Positions 49,625 through 61,440 of a stretch of DNA of 64,000 nucleotides are shown in pieces (positions within the stretch are counted from its first letter, which is position 1; each line of letters opens with the position of its first letter). The notes under the pieces were generated by a model. The model was given only the letters and a program-made list of their open reading frames with translations, did no database searches and was not told where the DNA came from. The position numbers and the translations under genes were made by a program. The stretch spans positions 110,112,001 through 110,176,000 of the forward strand of contig NC_043002.1 in NCBI RefSeq assembly GCF_006345805.1, read 5' to 3'. Origin of the DNA: Octopus sinensis (Eukaryota).

Positions 49625-52244
49625 AGGGCTATTAGACAAAAGAAACAGGCTTGGAAGGACTGGAAGAACGGTGGTAGCAGGGAAGTGTATCAGACTGCAA
49701 GAAGGGAAGCTAGGAGGCAGGTTTATTTAGCCAGAGGGGAAGCAGATAGGAAAAAATTTGCCAATGTCCTGCGCCGTGAGGATGAAAGACTTGAGGTATT
49801 TCGTATAGCAAGACAGTGTGTGAGAGAGAATCGTGACGTGGTAGGAGAAAAATGTGTTCGCACGGATGACGGCTCACTTGCGCTAAATGAGGATGCAAAG
49901 AGAGAGGTTTGGAGTAGCCACTATGAAAGGTTGCTGAATGAGGAAAATGAATGGGATAAAGAGAGTTTGCCGAATGTTGACCCAACAGAGGGACCAGCAA
50001 TCTGAGTTGACAGTTCCTTAGTAGATAAGGCAATTAAAAGCATGAAAACAGGGAAAGCCCCAGGCCCATCAGGAATTACTGCAGAGATGCTCAAAATATC
50101 TGGTAGTGTCGGCTATAGCCTAGTCACCCGTATAGTTAACCAGGTGATACACGAAGGAGTCATTCCCAATGACTGGTGTAGCAGCATAATAGTCAGCTGC
50201 TACAAAGGTAAAGGTGACGCCCTAGATACAAATAACTACAGGGGTATCAAGCTGCTGGATCAGGTAATGAAGGTTACGGAGAGGGTTATAGCCCAACTAA
50301 TTAGAGAGAGAGTTAGCCTAGATCAGATGCAGTTTGGGTTCGTGCCAGGGAAAAGTACTACTGATGCTATTTTCATGGTAAGACAGCTGCAAGAGAAATA
50401 CCTAGCCAAAGACAAGCCCCTATACCTGGCTTTTGTTGAAATGGAGAAAGCCTTCGACAGGGTCCCCCGATCCCTCATCTGGTGGTCAATGAGGAAACTA
50501 GGGATAGAGGAATGGTTAGTGAGAGCTGTACAAGCCATGTACAGAGACGCTGCTAGTAAGGTGAGGGTTGGCACCGAGTACAGTGAAGAATTCAGGGTAG
50601 AGGTTGGGGTCCACCAAGGTTCAGTCCTCAGTCCCCTCCTATTTATCATAGTCCTCCAGGCAATAACGGAGGAATTCAAGACAGGATGCCCCTGGGAGCT
50701 CCTCTATGCTGATGACCTTGCTCTAATTGCTGAGTCTCAATCAGAACTAGAGGAGAAAGTTTCTGGTATGGAAACAAGGTTTAGAATCGAAGGGCCTTAG
50801 CATCAACCTAGCCAAAACCAAAGTCCTAATAAGTAGGAAGGTAGACCAATCACAAACGCCTTCAGGTAGATGGCCCTGCTCGATCTGTAGAAAAGGTGTA
50901 GGTAGAAACTCTATAAGATGCACCAAGTGTAAGCTATGGACACATAAGAGGTGCAGCAATGTCAAAGGAAGGCTAACTAGGAAGATGGTTTTTTGTATGT
51001 GGCAGATGCTCAGGAACAATTAACACTGAAAATGCTCTGAGACCAACTTCCGTCACTTTCCAGGGAGAAAAGCTAGAAGTAGTTGATAGTTTCCGTTACC
51101 TAGGTGACCAAGTCAGTAGCGGGGGCGGGTGCGCTGAAAGTATAACTGCTAGAGTAAGAATAGCCTGGGCAAAGTTTAGAGAGCTCTTACCCCTGCTGGT
51201 GACAAAAGGCCTCTCGCTCAAAGTAAAAGGCAGACTGTATGATGCATGTGTACGTACAGCCATGCTACATGGTAGTGAAACTTGGGCTGTGACTGCTGAG
51301 GATTTGCGTAAGCTCGCAAGAAATGAAGCTAGTATGCTCCAATGGATGTGTAACATCAGTGTTCATAATCGACAGAGTGTAAGTACCTTGAGAGAAAAGT
51401 TGAACCTAAGAAGCATCAGTTGTTGTGTGCAAGAGAGACGTATGCGCTGGTATGGTCATGTGATGAGAATGGGTGAAGATAGTTGTGTGCGAAAGTGCCA
51501 CACCCTGGCAGTTGAGGGGACCTGTGGAAGAGGTAGACCCAGGAAAACCTGGGTCGAGGCGGTGAAGCACGACCTTCGAACTTTAGGTCTCACCAAGGAA
51601 ATGACCAGTGACCGAGACCTTTGGAGGTATGCTGTGCGTGAGAAAACCCGGCAAGACCAGTGAGAACAGTCAAAATCAAGATCAAACCAAATTGAGGTTG
51701 ATCAACATCAGGGCCCCCGTGCAGGTGACACGTAAAAGTACCATCCGTTCGTAGCCGTTTGCCAGCCCTGTCTGGCCCCCATGTCGGTGGCACGTAAAAG
51801 CACCATCCGTTCGTGTTCGTTGCCAGCCTGGCCTGGCCCCCGTGCCGGTGACACGTAAAAGCACCATCCGTTTGTGGCCGTTTGCCAGCTCTGTCTGGCC
51901 CCCGTGCCGGTGACACGTAAAAGCACCATCCGTTTGTGGCCATTTGCCAGCCCTGTCTGGCCACATGTCAGTGACATGTAAAAGCACCATCTGTTCATGT
52001 CCGTTTGCCAGCCCTGTCTGGCCCCCATGTCGGTGACACGTAAAGCACCATCCGTTCGTGTCCGTTGCCAGCCTCGCCTGGCCCCGTGCCGGTGACACGT
52101 AAAAGCACCATCCGTTCATGGCCGTTTGCCAGCCCTGTCTGGCCCCCGTGTCGGTGGCATGTAAAAGCACCATCTGTTCGTGGCCGTTTGCCAGCTCTGT
52201 CTGGCCCCCGTGCCGGTGACACGTAAAAGCACCATCCGTTCGTG
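49625..52244 (+). mobile_element. RTE family 1 LINE, 5'-truncated, disrupted RT plus tandem-repeat 3' UTR
   Basis: KAPGPSG, NYRGIKLL, QFGFVPGKSTTDAIF, GVHQGSVLSPLLF, LLYADDL; stops and frameshifts between ORFs 49685, 50042 and 51199. Confidence 0.95.
51727..52244 (+). repeat. ~61-bp tandem array (about 9 units) running into the gap
   Basis: Unit gacacgtaaaagcaccatccgtt.gtggccgtttgccagc.ctgtctggcccccgtgccggt. Confidence 0.92.
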
Positions 52245-52344
52245 NNNNNNNNNNNNNNNNNNNNNNNNNNNNNNNNNNNNNNNNNNNNNNNNNNNNNNNN
52301 NNNNNNNNNNNNNNNNNNNNNNNNNNNNNNNNNNNNNNNNNNNN
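52245..52344. other. Assembly gap (100 N)
   Basis: N run directly after the 61-bp tandem array. Confidence 1.
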
Positions 52345-52725
52345 CAGCGTGGACTTGGGCAAGAAACGACGGGTCGTTCAGATCTTACATAGATAGAATC
52401 ATTACTAAAAGAAAAGATAAGAAAATACTTAGCTGTCCACAACACCATATCGTCAGCTACAGCGATCACAAATTTGTGACCTGTACGCTCGACATAGATA
52501 GCATGTGTAGACGAGGTACGGGTTACTGGAAGCTAAACAAGTCACTATTGGACTGTGAAGCCTACAGGAAGCGGATTAGACAATTAGTAATAAGGGCATT
52601 AACCGGATCCATTATCAACAACAAATGGTGGTACGCCCTGAAAAGAGCATTCAAATTTGAGTCAGTTAGGTTTAACAAAGAATTAGCTATTGCTAGAAAC
52701 AAAGTAGACAAGGAACTAGGAACTG
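52345..52725 (+). mobile_element. Tx1/L1-clade LINE endonuclease C-terminal fragment
   Basis: TWARN..SYIDRI..SDHKFV..GTGYWKLNKSLL. Confidence 0.8.
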
Positions 52726-52959
52726 CCTTAAGCATTTTATACCGATAAATTTTAGACACTTTTTCTGTAAGATTATGTAGGGGTGCAAATTTTGATCTTG
52801 CACCCTCTGTTCCGGCCCCTTGCTCAGAAGAGCAGAGACTGTTATAGTAATAGCAAATGAGACAGATAGAAGAAACATGTTTGCAAGTTTGGTGAGTAAG
52901 TTTTTGCCAATTAGTCACTTTTTTGTTTCTAATAGAATCTAGATTTTTGCATTTGTAGA

Positions 52960-53130
52960 TCATGATCATTCCATATACGGGAATTGTTTTCTAACATGAG
53001 TGTTGCTTGTGTTTTGTGCCTCACTTGCTCACAGAAGATCAAAAGCAGTCGTGACTGAATGTATGTCATGAACTGAAAGAACAATTGGAAGTTGATCAAA
53101 AGACCTTTTTTCAAAGGTCAAAACTGGTCG
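52960..53130 (+). mobile_element. mariner transposase fragment
   Basis: CFVPHLLTEDQKQS..VCHELKEQLEVD resembles the WVPxxLTxxQK region. Confidence 0.55.
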
Positions 53131-53566
53131 GCCAATGGTGAGAGTTCTGAAAAAAATTCATGTTTCAGAAGTAGTTTTTGTAATGTTTTATACATGTGAG
53201 GTTGCCATGGAAATTGTGAGATCTAGCATTTATAGTAACTTTGAGGACTATAATTGTACACTTTTCATGTAAAAGGAGGCTTGATGTGTAAGATTGTTTA
53301 CTTGAATGCATAGTGGTTGTAGCTTTGTGCTGTTGAAAGAGACTAGGATTTTGTGTTTGCATTAAAAAGTGTTTTCATTGACTCTGTCCATGGAGATAAT
53401 GCAAATCTGGTTTTTATGTTTCAGGCTCTTCTGATCCACGAATATGTTTTTGTTAGAAAGGACAGTAAGTAGATTGAAGACAGTGGAAAACTGAAACAGC
53501 CTTACATTTCACAGAGTTCATATGAAAACTTTGTCAACACATCTTGCAAGGGAGGAATATGAAAGG

Positions 53567-53782
53567 AATTTATCGACCCCGAAAGGATGAAAGGCAAAGT
53601 CGACCTCGGCGGAAGTTCTGAGTTCCGGAAGTTCCGCCGAGGTCGACTTTGCCTTTCATCCTTTCGGGGTCAATAAATTAAGCACCAGTTACGCACTGGG
53701 GTCGATATAATCGACTTAATCCGTCTGTCAGTCCTTGTTTGTCTCCTCTGTGTTTAGCTCCTTGTGGGTAGTAAAGAAATAG
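53567..53782 (+). mobile_element. SINE family C with 5' inversion forming a 48-bp hairpin
   Basis: 53567-53614 is the reverse complement of 53632-53679 (1 mismatch). Confidence 0.88.
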
Positions 53783-54103
53783 GTATATGAAAGGAAACAT
53801 TTAATTCCTCAAAGAAGAGATGGACTGAGCTTATAGATGGGCAGCTTAACTAGAGATTCTCACACCAATCTTTTGCTTATGTATTCAAAAATAAGAGACC
53901 AATGGGATATGATATAAGAGTTATGTGCCAACAGAACAAGCTCTACAGGAAACATACTGGAGAAAGACCGAAGATCATGGAGGAAGTTGCTGTTTGTGAC
54001 TATATCCATGATGCTTGAAATGTTGAAAATGAAGGAAATAGATTAGTAGTTGATAAGCTTATAAAGGCCTTGCTTTCTTGGGAATAGGATACTTTGCAAT
54101 GTG

Positions 54104-54403
54104 ATCACGTGACCGACCAGACCATCAGATGTTGTTACACATCGCTGGTCACAATGCGTTTGCATTGTTTTAGCCTTTGAATGACGCCACCCCGCTGGCT
54201 AAGCGAGCAGGCCAACAGAAGAAAGAGTGGGGGAAAGAGTGGTGAAAGAGTACAGCAGGGATCACCACCACCCCCTGCCGGAGCCTCGTGGAGCTTTTAG
54301 GTGTTTTCGCTCAATAAACACTCACAACGCCCAGTCTGGGAATCGAAACCACGATCCTGCGACCGTGAGTCCGCTACCCTAACCACTAGGCCATTGTGCC
54401 TCC
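54104..54403 (-). mobile_element. SINE with family-A head and a different 3' tail
   Basis: About 165 nt of head shared with family A, unrelated tail; perfect 13-bp TSD actttgcaatgtg (54091-54103, 54404-54416). Confidence 0.88.
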
Positions 54404-54809
54404 ACTTTGCAATGTGTTTCAGTGAATTAGGATACATCTCTAAAGTGTGTATGTGTGGGTGTTTGTGTGTATGTATGTGTGTGTGTGTGTGTATGAGTAT
54501 GTGCATATGTGCGTGCATGTGTGTGTATGGTATATTGTTGGAAGCAAAGCAGGCAGAAAATATGGTGGTTTTATCAGTGAGAATGCTATTTTATAACAGT
54601 TATTATAATATATACTGTGCAGGTCAATAACCATTTCACACTTCAGTTTCTTTTAGTACTCAGCAAATTTCTTTCCAGATTATTTCCTCTTAATAGACAT
54701 TTATGAAGCTCTCTAAATTACTTTTTAATCTTTGATGGGATACTATTGAAAACTACTTTATATTCTAGCTTTCAAATATTTTATTTTTCCAATTTTTAAT
54801 TTAGCTTAC

Positions 54810-54830
54810 AATGATGTCTAACATTTCCAT
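54810..54830 (-). CDS. Gene 1 candidate first coding exon MEMLDII (phase 0)
   Basis: ATG GAA ATG TTA GAC ATC ATT gtaagc; in-frame stop shortly upstream; phase matches exon 2; weak, could be chance. Confidence 0.3.
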
Positions 54831-56016
54831 GCAATTGAATGTTTACTGATTTGAAACACTTGGTGTTGTAATATGTGCTTGTATATTGTCTGTGTATATG
54901 AATTTACAAGCATGTGGGTAATTTCTTTTTAAGTATATACTGGGCAAGAGGCAGTGTTAATATTTTCAGGTTCTCACAAGCAAGGAGATTGAGTCAAATG
55001 GATGCTACAAATATTTCTGATGTTCAGCTGAACCTTTAGAATATCAGTGAATGACGAAAAAACAGGAAAGAAATGTCAAAGTATGTTTGTGCATGTATCA
55101 GTAGCTGTGTGTTTGTGCAAGAACAGTTGTGTGTTTGGGTGTATAGAGATGGGGCGAGTCTCTAATTACCTTTATCATTGACTAATTCCAAAATCTTAGT
55201 GTTTCTGTATAACTGTCAACCTTTTGCTTTTAAGTCATTTGTTATATATATGCAGACTCTCACTTCTCATTTACTAATAGAGGTCTCTAACACTTCTTCA
55301 GCAACCACCTCCACCACTAAATATATCACCAACTTGCTATTGAAGAAATTTCATCATGGTTTCTCACAATAACAGACACGGTCAAGATATTTGGAGATGA
55401 GTTTGTAGGGCAATTACAGGAAGAGATGATGGGATGGCCAAAGTTGTTAAGTTTGTGGATCTGGGGGAGGAAGTAAATACTGGGGGTGTGAGGGGTGCGG
55501 ACTATGAGGTTAGAGGCGGTGGGAAGGAGACAGGAGGAGGAGATGAAGTCATGGATAGCTATTCTCCTCATATTTTTATACAATTGCAGAACATGCACAA
55601 CAGATAATGTTCCCATTTTATAATGGATTCATCATTCAGTAATCAGGAATATCTTATGCTTTCCGAATTTTTTCTTTCTCGCATTTTTACTTGTGGGCAG
55701 TAAAGAAATAAGAAATGCTTAGTGGTATTTCGTCTGTCTTTACATTCTGAGTTCAAACTCCATCGAGATCGACTTTCCTTTCATCCTTTTGGGGTCAATA
55801 AATTAGGTACCAGTTACATACTGGAGTTGATCTAATCGACTGGCCCCACCTCAAAATTTCGGGCCTTGTACCTAAAGTAGAAAAGAAATGAATTTACTTG
55901 TCTCTAGGCTAAACCAATAATAACCATTCCCAGTTCTGTACTTTACTCTTTTACTCTTTTATTTGTTTCAGTCATGTGACTGTGGCCATGTTAATTGATA
56001 GAAATCTATTACTTAC

Positions 56017-56082
56017 CAATGCAGTGTGTGAAATTAACTTTTATGTATCCAGATTTACACATACACATAAAACTACCAATAA
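56017..56082 (-). pseudogene. Decayed half-copy of the EGF exon at 58996-59115
   Basis: 55998-56082 matches 58978-59061 including the GTAAGT donor; the 5' half of the exon and the acceptor are deleted. Confidence 0.85.
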
Positions 56083-56630
56083 CAGCAATCAATTGTTTTT
56101 TTTTTTTAAGTCATCTTAAAAAAGAAAGGACACATAAGAAATGTAGTGTAATACATACAAAGAGATGAGTTGGTTACAGTTAGGACAACTTCGATTACAG
56201 ACCTACATGATTAGGGCCGCCCTGTGGCTAAAACCAACAGCAAGGACCTATCAAGTACTTGAATATTCAATAGATTATACTTTGTCTGCTATTTTTAGCA
56301 TGTCGAGCGACCAGGTAGAGGCTGTTTTATTGGTTTGATTGCGTGTCAATGGACTCAGAAGTTGTTGTTCGGAAACAGCAGCAGTATTTTTCTTCAGGTG
56401 AATACACGTCATTGATTGGTTAAAATTACCCAAATATGACAACTTTAACATGAAATAACTGCTAAAATACAAAATTTTGTCAAAAACGTTAAGAGTAAGC
56501 CCTGTTCTATGTGACACATTCTACCAGTACATCTGAAACATTAAAAGTTCTGTCAATCCTCCAAAAATTCTACTGCACTGAGTACCTAATAATATGTTCC
56601 TACTAATTCTTTCATCTATATCCAGCAAGT

Positions 56631-56698
56631 TTACTCCTTCCTCTTCTTTCTGGCTGACATTCTAATGACTTTAGCTGCTTTGGCTCTAATGTGTGCGG
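56631..56698 (-). CDS. Gene 2 candidate terminal coding exon (basic tail)
   Basis: gatattctattttcag then phase-1 (A)AHIRAKAAKVIRMSARKKRKE-stop; 183-nt intron from the previous EGF exon. Confidence 0.4.
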
Positions 56699-56881
56699 CT
56701 GAAAATAGAATATCGCAGCTACAGTCGTTAAATGTGTATAAACAGCTTCGATTAGAATCTATTCAATAAAACAGCTCATCAAAAATTATTTCAGAAACTA
56801 ATTATTTCAATTTAGCTTTAAGATTATTTCATTTGAATGATTGATTTGATTATTATCCTGTAATTTCTGCACGATACCTAC

Positions 56882-57001
56882 CTGTGCACTTTGTTGTAGT
56901 AACAAGTTGGTAACCAGAATTACAAGAACATTTGTAACTTCCTTTGAAATCGATGCAATTCTGCTGGCAGCCAACATTTTTTTCAGAATATTCATTCTTG
57001 T
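56882..57001 (-). CDS. Gene 2 cbEGF exon with Cys1 replaced by Tyr (120 nt, phase 1-1)
   Basis: ctatttcag/GTAGGT; (D)KNEYSEKNVGCQQNCIDFKGSYKCSCNSGYQLVTTTKCT, 5 Cys. Confidence 0.88.
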
Positions 57002-57476
57002 CTGAAATAGACAGATTAATAATTTATAAACAAAATCTTGCTATTTTTTCAGTATATTTTATTTTTACTAATTATATGTATATTTGCTAATTATACGTTT
57101 GGTAGTCAAACCTTTGATCATGCAATCACATACAGGCTTCATCGTTGGTCTGTCTCAGTAATAATTTTGTTGTTAATTAGCCTCAAATCAACCCTGATAC
57201 AGCAAACCTATCATAAATGACATTCCAGCCTTCAGCAAACCATCTTTTTAGGGATAATCTTGGACATTACATACAATGGGCATGTGATTTAGGTAGGGGG
57301 ATACTTTGTCTGCTATTTTTAGCATGTCGAGCAACCAGGTAGAGGCTCTTTTATTGGTTTGATTGTGTGTCAATGGACTCAGAAGTTGTTGTTCGGAAAC
57401 AGCAGCAGTATTTTTCTTCAGCTGAATACACGTCATTGATTGGTTAAAATTACCCAAATATGACAACTTTAACATG

Positions 57477-57480
<4 letters not shown>

Positions 57481-57520
<40 letters not shown>

Positions 57521-58136
57521 GTCATTTAACGTCTGCTTTCCATGCTAGCATGGGTTGGACGGTTCAACTGGGGTCTGGGAAGCCCGAAGGCTGCACCAGG
57601 CCAGCCAGAACTGGCAGTGTTTCAACAGCTGGATGCCCTTCCTAACGCCAACCACTCCATGAGTGTAGTGGGTGCTTTTTATGTGCCACTGACACAGGTG
57701 CCAGATGAGGCTGGCGGACGGCCATACTCAGATGGTGTTTTTTTTTCTGCCACCGACACAGGTGCCAGACGAGGCTGCCACGGCCACGATCGGATGGTGT
57801 TTGTTACGTGCCCACAGCACGGAGGCCAGTCGATGCGGTACTGGCTACGGCCACGTTCGGATGGTTTTCTTATGTGCCACTGGCACTGGTACCACAAAAA
57901 TACAAATTCCATTGATGTTCATCGATTTTGATTTGATTTGATTTTGATTTTCACTTGCCTCAACAGGTCTTCACAAGTAGAGTTATGTGTCCCAAGGATG
58001 AAGGTATGCACAGGTGGACTGACTACGTCCCAGATAGGGGCCATGGGTTATGGCCTCACGTGCCCTGCCGGGTCTTCTCGCGCACAGCATACTTCCAAAG
58101 GTCTCGGTTTCTGGTCATTTCCTCGGTGAGACCTTT
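57481..58136 (-). mobile_element. RTE family 1 3' end inserted into a local duplicate
   Basis: (CAT)n tail, UTR subrepeats and the ORF2 stop region; the flanks rejoin to match 56277-56530. Confidence 0.85.
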
Positions 58137-58575
58137 CTAAAATACAAAATTTTGTCAAAAACGTTAAGAATAAGCCCTGTTCTATGTGACACATTCTACC
58201 AGTACCTGAAATTTCAAAGTGTTTAGTTAAAAAAAAATTAATTAAAAAATCTGTCCTTCAAATGGAATAGATCCGAGTGTTGTTAACTTTGGTCTTCATT
58301 GTATCCAACATCAAAGCATCACAAAAATGAAGTTTCAAATAGTTGGGCTGCTATAGTTACGTTCTATTTATCAAGGTCGTTCTTAAATATTGATCCTCAG
58401 TAGGTAGCTAGCTATTCTCCTCATATTTTTATACAATTGCAGAACATGCACAACAGATAATGTTCCCATTTTATAATGGATTCATCATTCAGTAATCAAG
58501 AATATCTTATGCTTCCCAAATTTTTTCTTTCTCGCATTTTTACTTTTTTCTTTTTTTTTCTTAAAAAAAAATAGA

Positions 58576-58960
58576 AGGCGCAGGAGTGGCTGTGTGGTAA
58601 GTAGTTTGCTAACCAACCACATAGTTCCGGGTTCAGTCCCACTGCCTGGCATCTTGGGCAAGTGTCTTCTGCTATAGACCCGGGCCGACCAATGCCTTGT
58701 GAGTGAATTTGGTAAACGGAAACTGAAAGAAGCCTGTCATATATATGTATATATATATATGTGTGTGTGTATTTGTGTGTCTGTGTTTGTCCCCCTAGCA
58801 TTGCTTGACAACCGATGCTGGGGTGTTTATGTCCCCGTCACTTAGCGGTTCGGCAAAAAAGACCGATAGAATAAGTACTGGGCTCAGGGTCGATTTGCTC
58901 GACTAAAGGTGGTGCCCCAGCAATGCCGCAGTCAAATGACTGAAACAAGTAAAAGAAAAG
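58576..58960 (+). mobile_element. SINE family B
   Basis: Identity to family B. Confidence 0.88.
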
Positions 58961-58995
58961 AATAGAATAAGAATTTATAGAAATCTATTACTTAC

Positions 58996-59115
58996 CAATG
59001 CAGTGTGTGAAATTAACTTTTATGTATCCAGATTTACACATACACATAAAACTACCAATAATATTTCTACAATTGTGTTCACAGCCACCATTTGACCCCA
59101 AGCATTCATTTACAT
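58996..59115 (-). CDS. Gene 2 (upstream paralogue?) cbEGF exon (120 nt, phase 1-1)
   Basis: gatttcttttag/GTAAGT; (D)[39 protein letters not shown]. Confidence 0.93.
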
Positions 59116-59213
59116 CTAAAAGAAATCAATTGAAAATTTCAACTTAAAATTCATAATATAAGCCAAACTTGCTACTGTATATAATAATAGCATTGATAAT
59201 AATAATAATCATC

Positions 59214-59550
59214 ATCATCATTGTTCGACCGTGGTCGAGACAATGGAATTTACCATGCTACGCCAGACTTCACAGTCCATCATGGCATTATGGAGGTCAT
59301 GTTGCTGGATGCCTGTATCCCTGGAGATTACATCAGGGTAGGAGAGTGTGCGCCCTCTGGTATTGCGAGTAGATGGCTTCCAGAGGAGAAGAGTAGAAAT
59401 TACCTCTTTTTCAGCTCTACAACAATGTCCAGCAAACTGGACTCTCTTACCTTTCACAAGAGATGACACAGGTGGTAGTTTCCCATATATTTGCATTTTG
59501 GTTGGATGGCGCTTCCACGAGAAATTTTGAGCTCTCATAAGGAGGCGAGT
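59214..59550 (-). mobile_element. RTE family 2 3' fragment
   Basis: TRLLMRAQNFSWKRH..IVSTTVEQ-stop, (GAT)n tail. Confidence 0.88.
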
Positions 59551-59569
59551 AATGATAATAATAATAATG

Positions 59570-59607
<38 letters not shown>

Positions 59608-59608
<1 letters not shown>

Positions 59609-61392
59609 TCGTAAGGTGTATGATATGGTCCCACACTCTTGGATAATGGAATGTATGAACCTGTTTGGTATTGCATCGAATGTTGAGTGATTGCTTGGAA
59701 AAAGTATGGTGAATTGGAACTGACAGTATACAGAAGAAGTTTAGGGACAGTAGAAATCAGGAGGGGCATCTTCCAAGAGGACTGCCTGTCCCCACTGATC
59801 TTTGTATTGTGCTTGATAACACTAACACTGATTCTGAGGAAATCAAAAGCCGCCAACAAAAAGTTAACCATTTGTTATTTCTGGATTACCTCAAACTTTA
59901 TGGTAAAGATGAAGCCCAAGTCAGTTCCCTCATTGATATGGTGTATACTTTCAGTGCTGATATCAGAATGGGGTTCGGACTGAGAAAGTGTGGAGTGTTA
60001 GTCTTGAAGAGAGGCAAAATCAAATGTATGGATGGGCTATCGATACTGTTGGGGGAGGTTATGAAGCAGATAGAAGAGAGGCTATAAGTACTTGGGAATT
60101 TTGGAAATGGATAAATTGATGGAGAAAGAAATGACAGGAAAATTTAAGGTGGAATACTTACGCAGACTGAGACTGATCCTTAAGTCAAAATTAAACGGAT
60201 GGAATAAGATTGAAGCTATCAACACCTAGGCGGTTTCAATCCTTAGGATATGGAGCTGGGGTAATCGCATGGACAGTAGACAAACTAAACAGCTTAGACA
60301 AAAAGACAAGGAAGTCGCTAACTAGATAGGGGACATTCCACCCAAAAAGTGACACAGACAGACTGTATGTACCAAGAAAAATTGGATGAAGAGGACTTAG
60401 TGGATGCAAACACAGCATTAGAGCAGAAGGAAACAACATAGCATGGTATGTAAAAACCACTATTATTAGAAGTAAGACGGTCAGGCTTGTGCAGGATGAA
60501 AGTTTGCAAAGATAAAGCACTGTACAAGCAATTGAAAACGAATGAAACTGAAAATAGGTGGGTAAAGAAAAGAATGCATGGGCAATTTCATAGGGATGTT
60601 GAAGATAAGACAGACAGAAAAAAAAAGATGGCTGTGGATGACTAAAAGTGATTTAAAACTGGAAACGGAGGCTCTAATCCGTGCTGCCCAAGAGAAAGCA
60701 CTAAGAGCAAACTACATAAAATACGGAATAGACAATACATCAGAAAGTGATGAGTGCAGAATCTGTGGACAAAACTGTGAAACTGTATGGCATATTACCA
60801 GTCAATGTACACCACTAGCCCAGAAAGAGTATAAGATATGCCACGACAATATAGCAAGGCTTTTGCAACAAATATGGTCTTAACAGAGGAAAAAATTGGT
60901 ACGACCACACACACGAAGGCATAATCGAAAATAATAATGCTAAGATCCTGTGGGATTTTATGATTCAGTACGACCATATGATAGAGAATAGAAAGCCACA
61001 TATAGTCTTAATTGAGCAAGAAAGCAAACGATGCAGGATCATAGCTATAGCATGCCCAGCTGACAACAAGGTATGCGATAAAGAAGAAAGAAAAGTTGAT
61101 AGGTTTGACAGGTTAGCTTGGGAGGTTAAGCAGTTGTGGTTGATAAAAAAGGTGGTAGTAGTACCAATAATTATCAGAGCCCTGGGAACAGTGAGCAAAA
61201 ATTTGAGAAGTACATGGAACAAATAGGGGCTGCAATAAGGGTGGAGCACTTGCAGAAAACAGCACTGCTTGGAACTGCTTGAATACTCCAGAAGGTGCAC
61301 GAAAAATAAGAGGTATTACCTTAGTTCACTGGTAGTGAACAGCTGACACTGTAATACATCTCCAGCGTTAGAATCTGTGGAAAGGAAATGGT
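59608..61392 (+). mobile_element. R4/Dong-clade element, 5'-truncated and frameshifted, between (TAA)n tracts
   Basis: YRKVYDMVPH, RRGIFQEDCLSPL, HLLFLDYLKLY RT motifs, CCHC knuckle and RLE motifs; same 3' end as 4556-5537. Confidence 0.88.
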
Positions 61393-61396
61393 AATA

Positions 61397-61440
<44 letters not shown>

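Noticed and set aside
51727-52244. Conserved ~25-bp motif with variable spacers, superficially CRISPR-like
   Set aside because: It is the 3' UTR of a eukaryotic RTE LINE; spacers are homologous to each other and there are no cas genes
53425-53464. Plus-strand exon-like 40-mer (ALLIHEYVFVRKD)
   Set aside because: Isolated and unsupported
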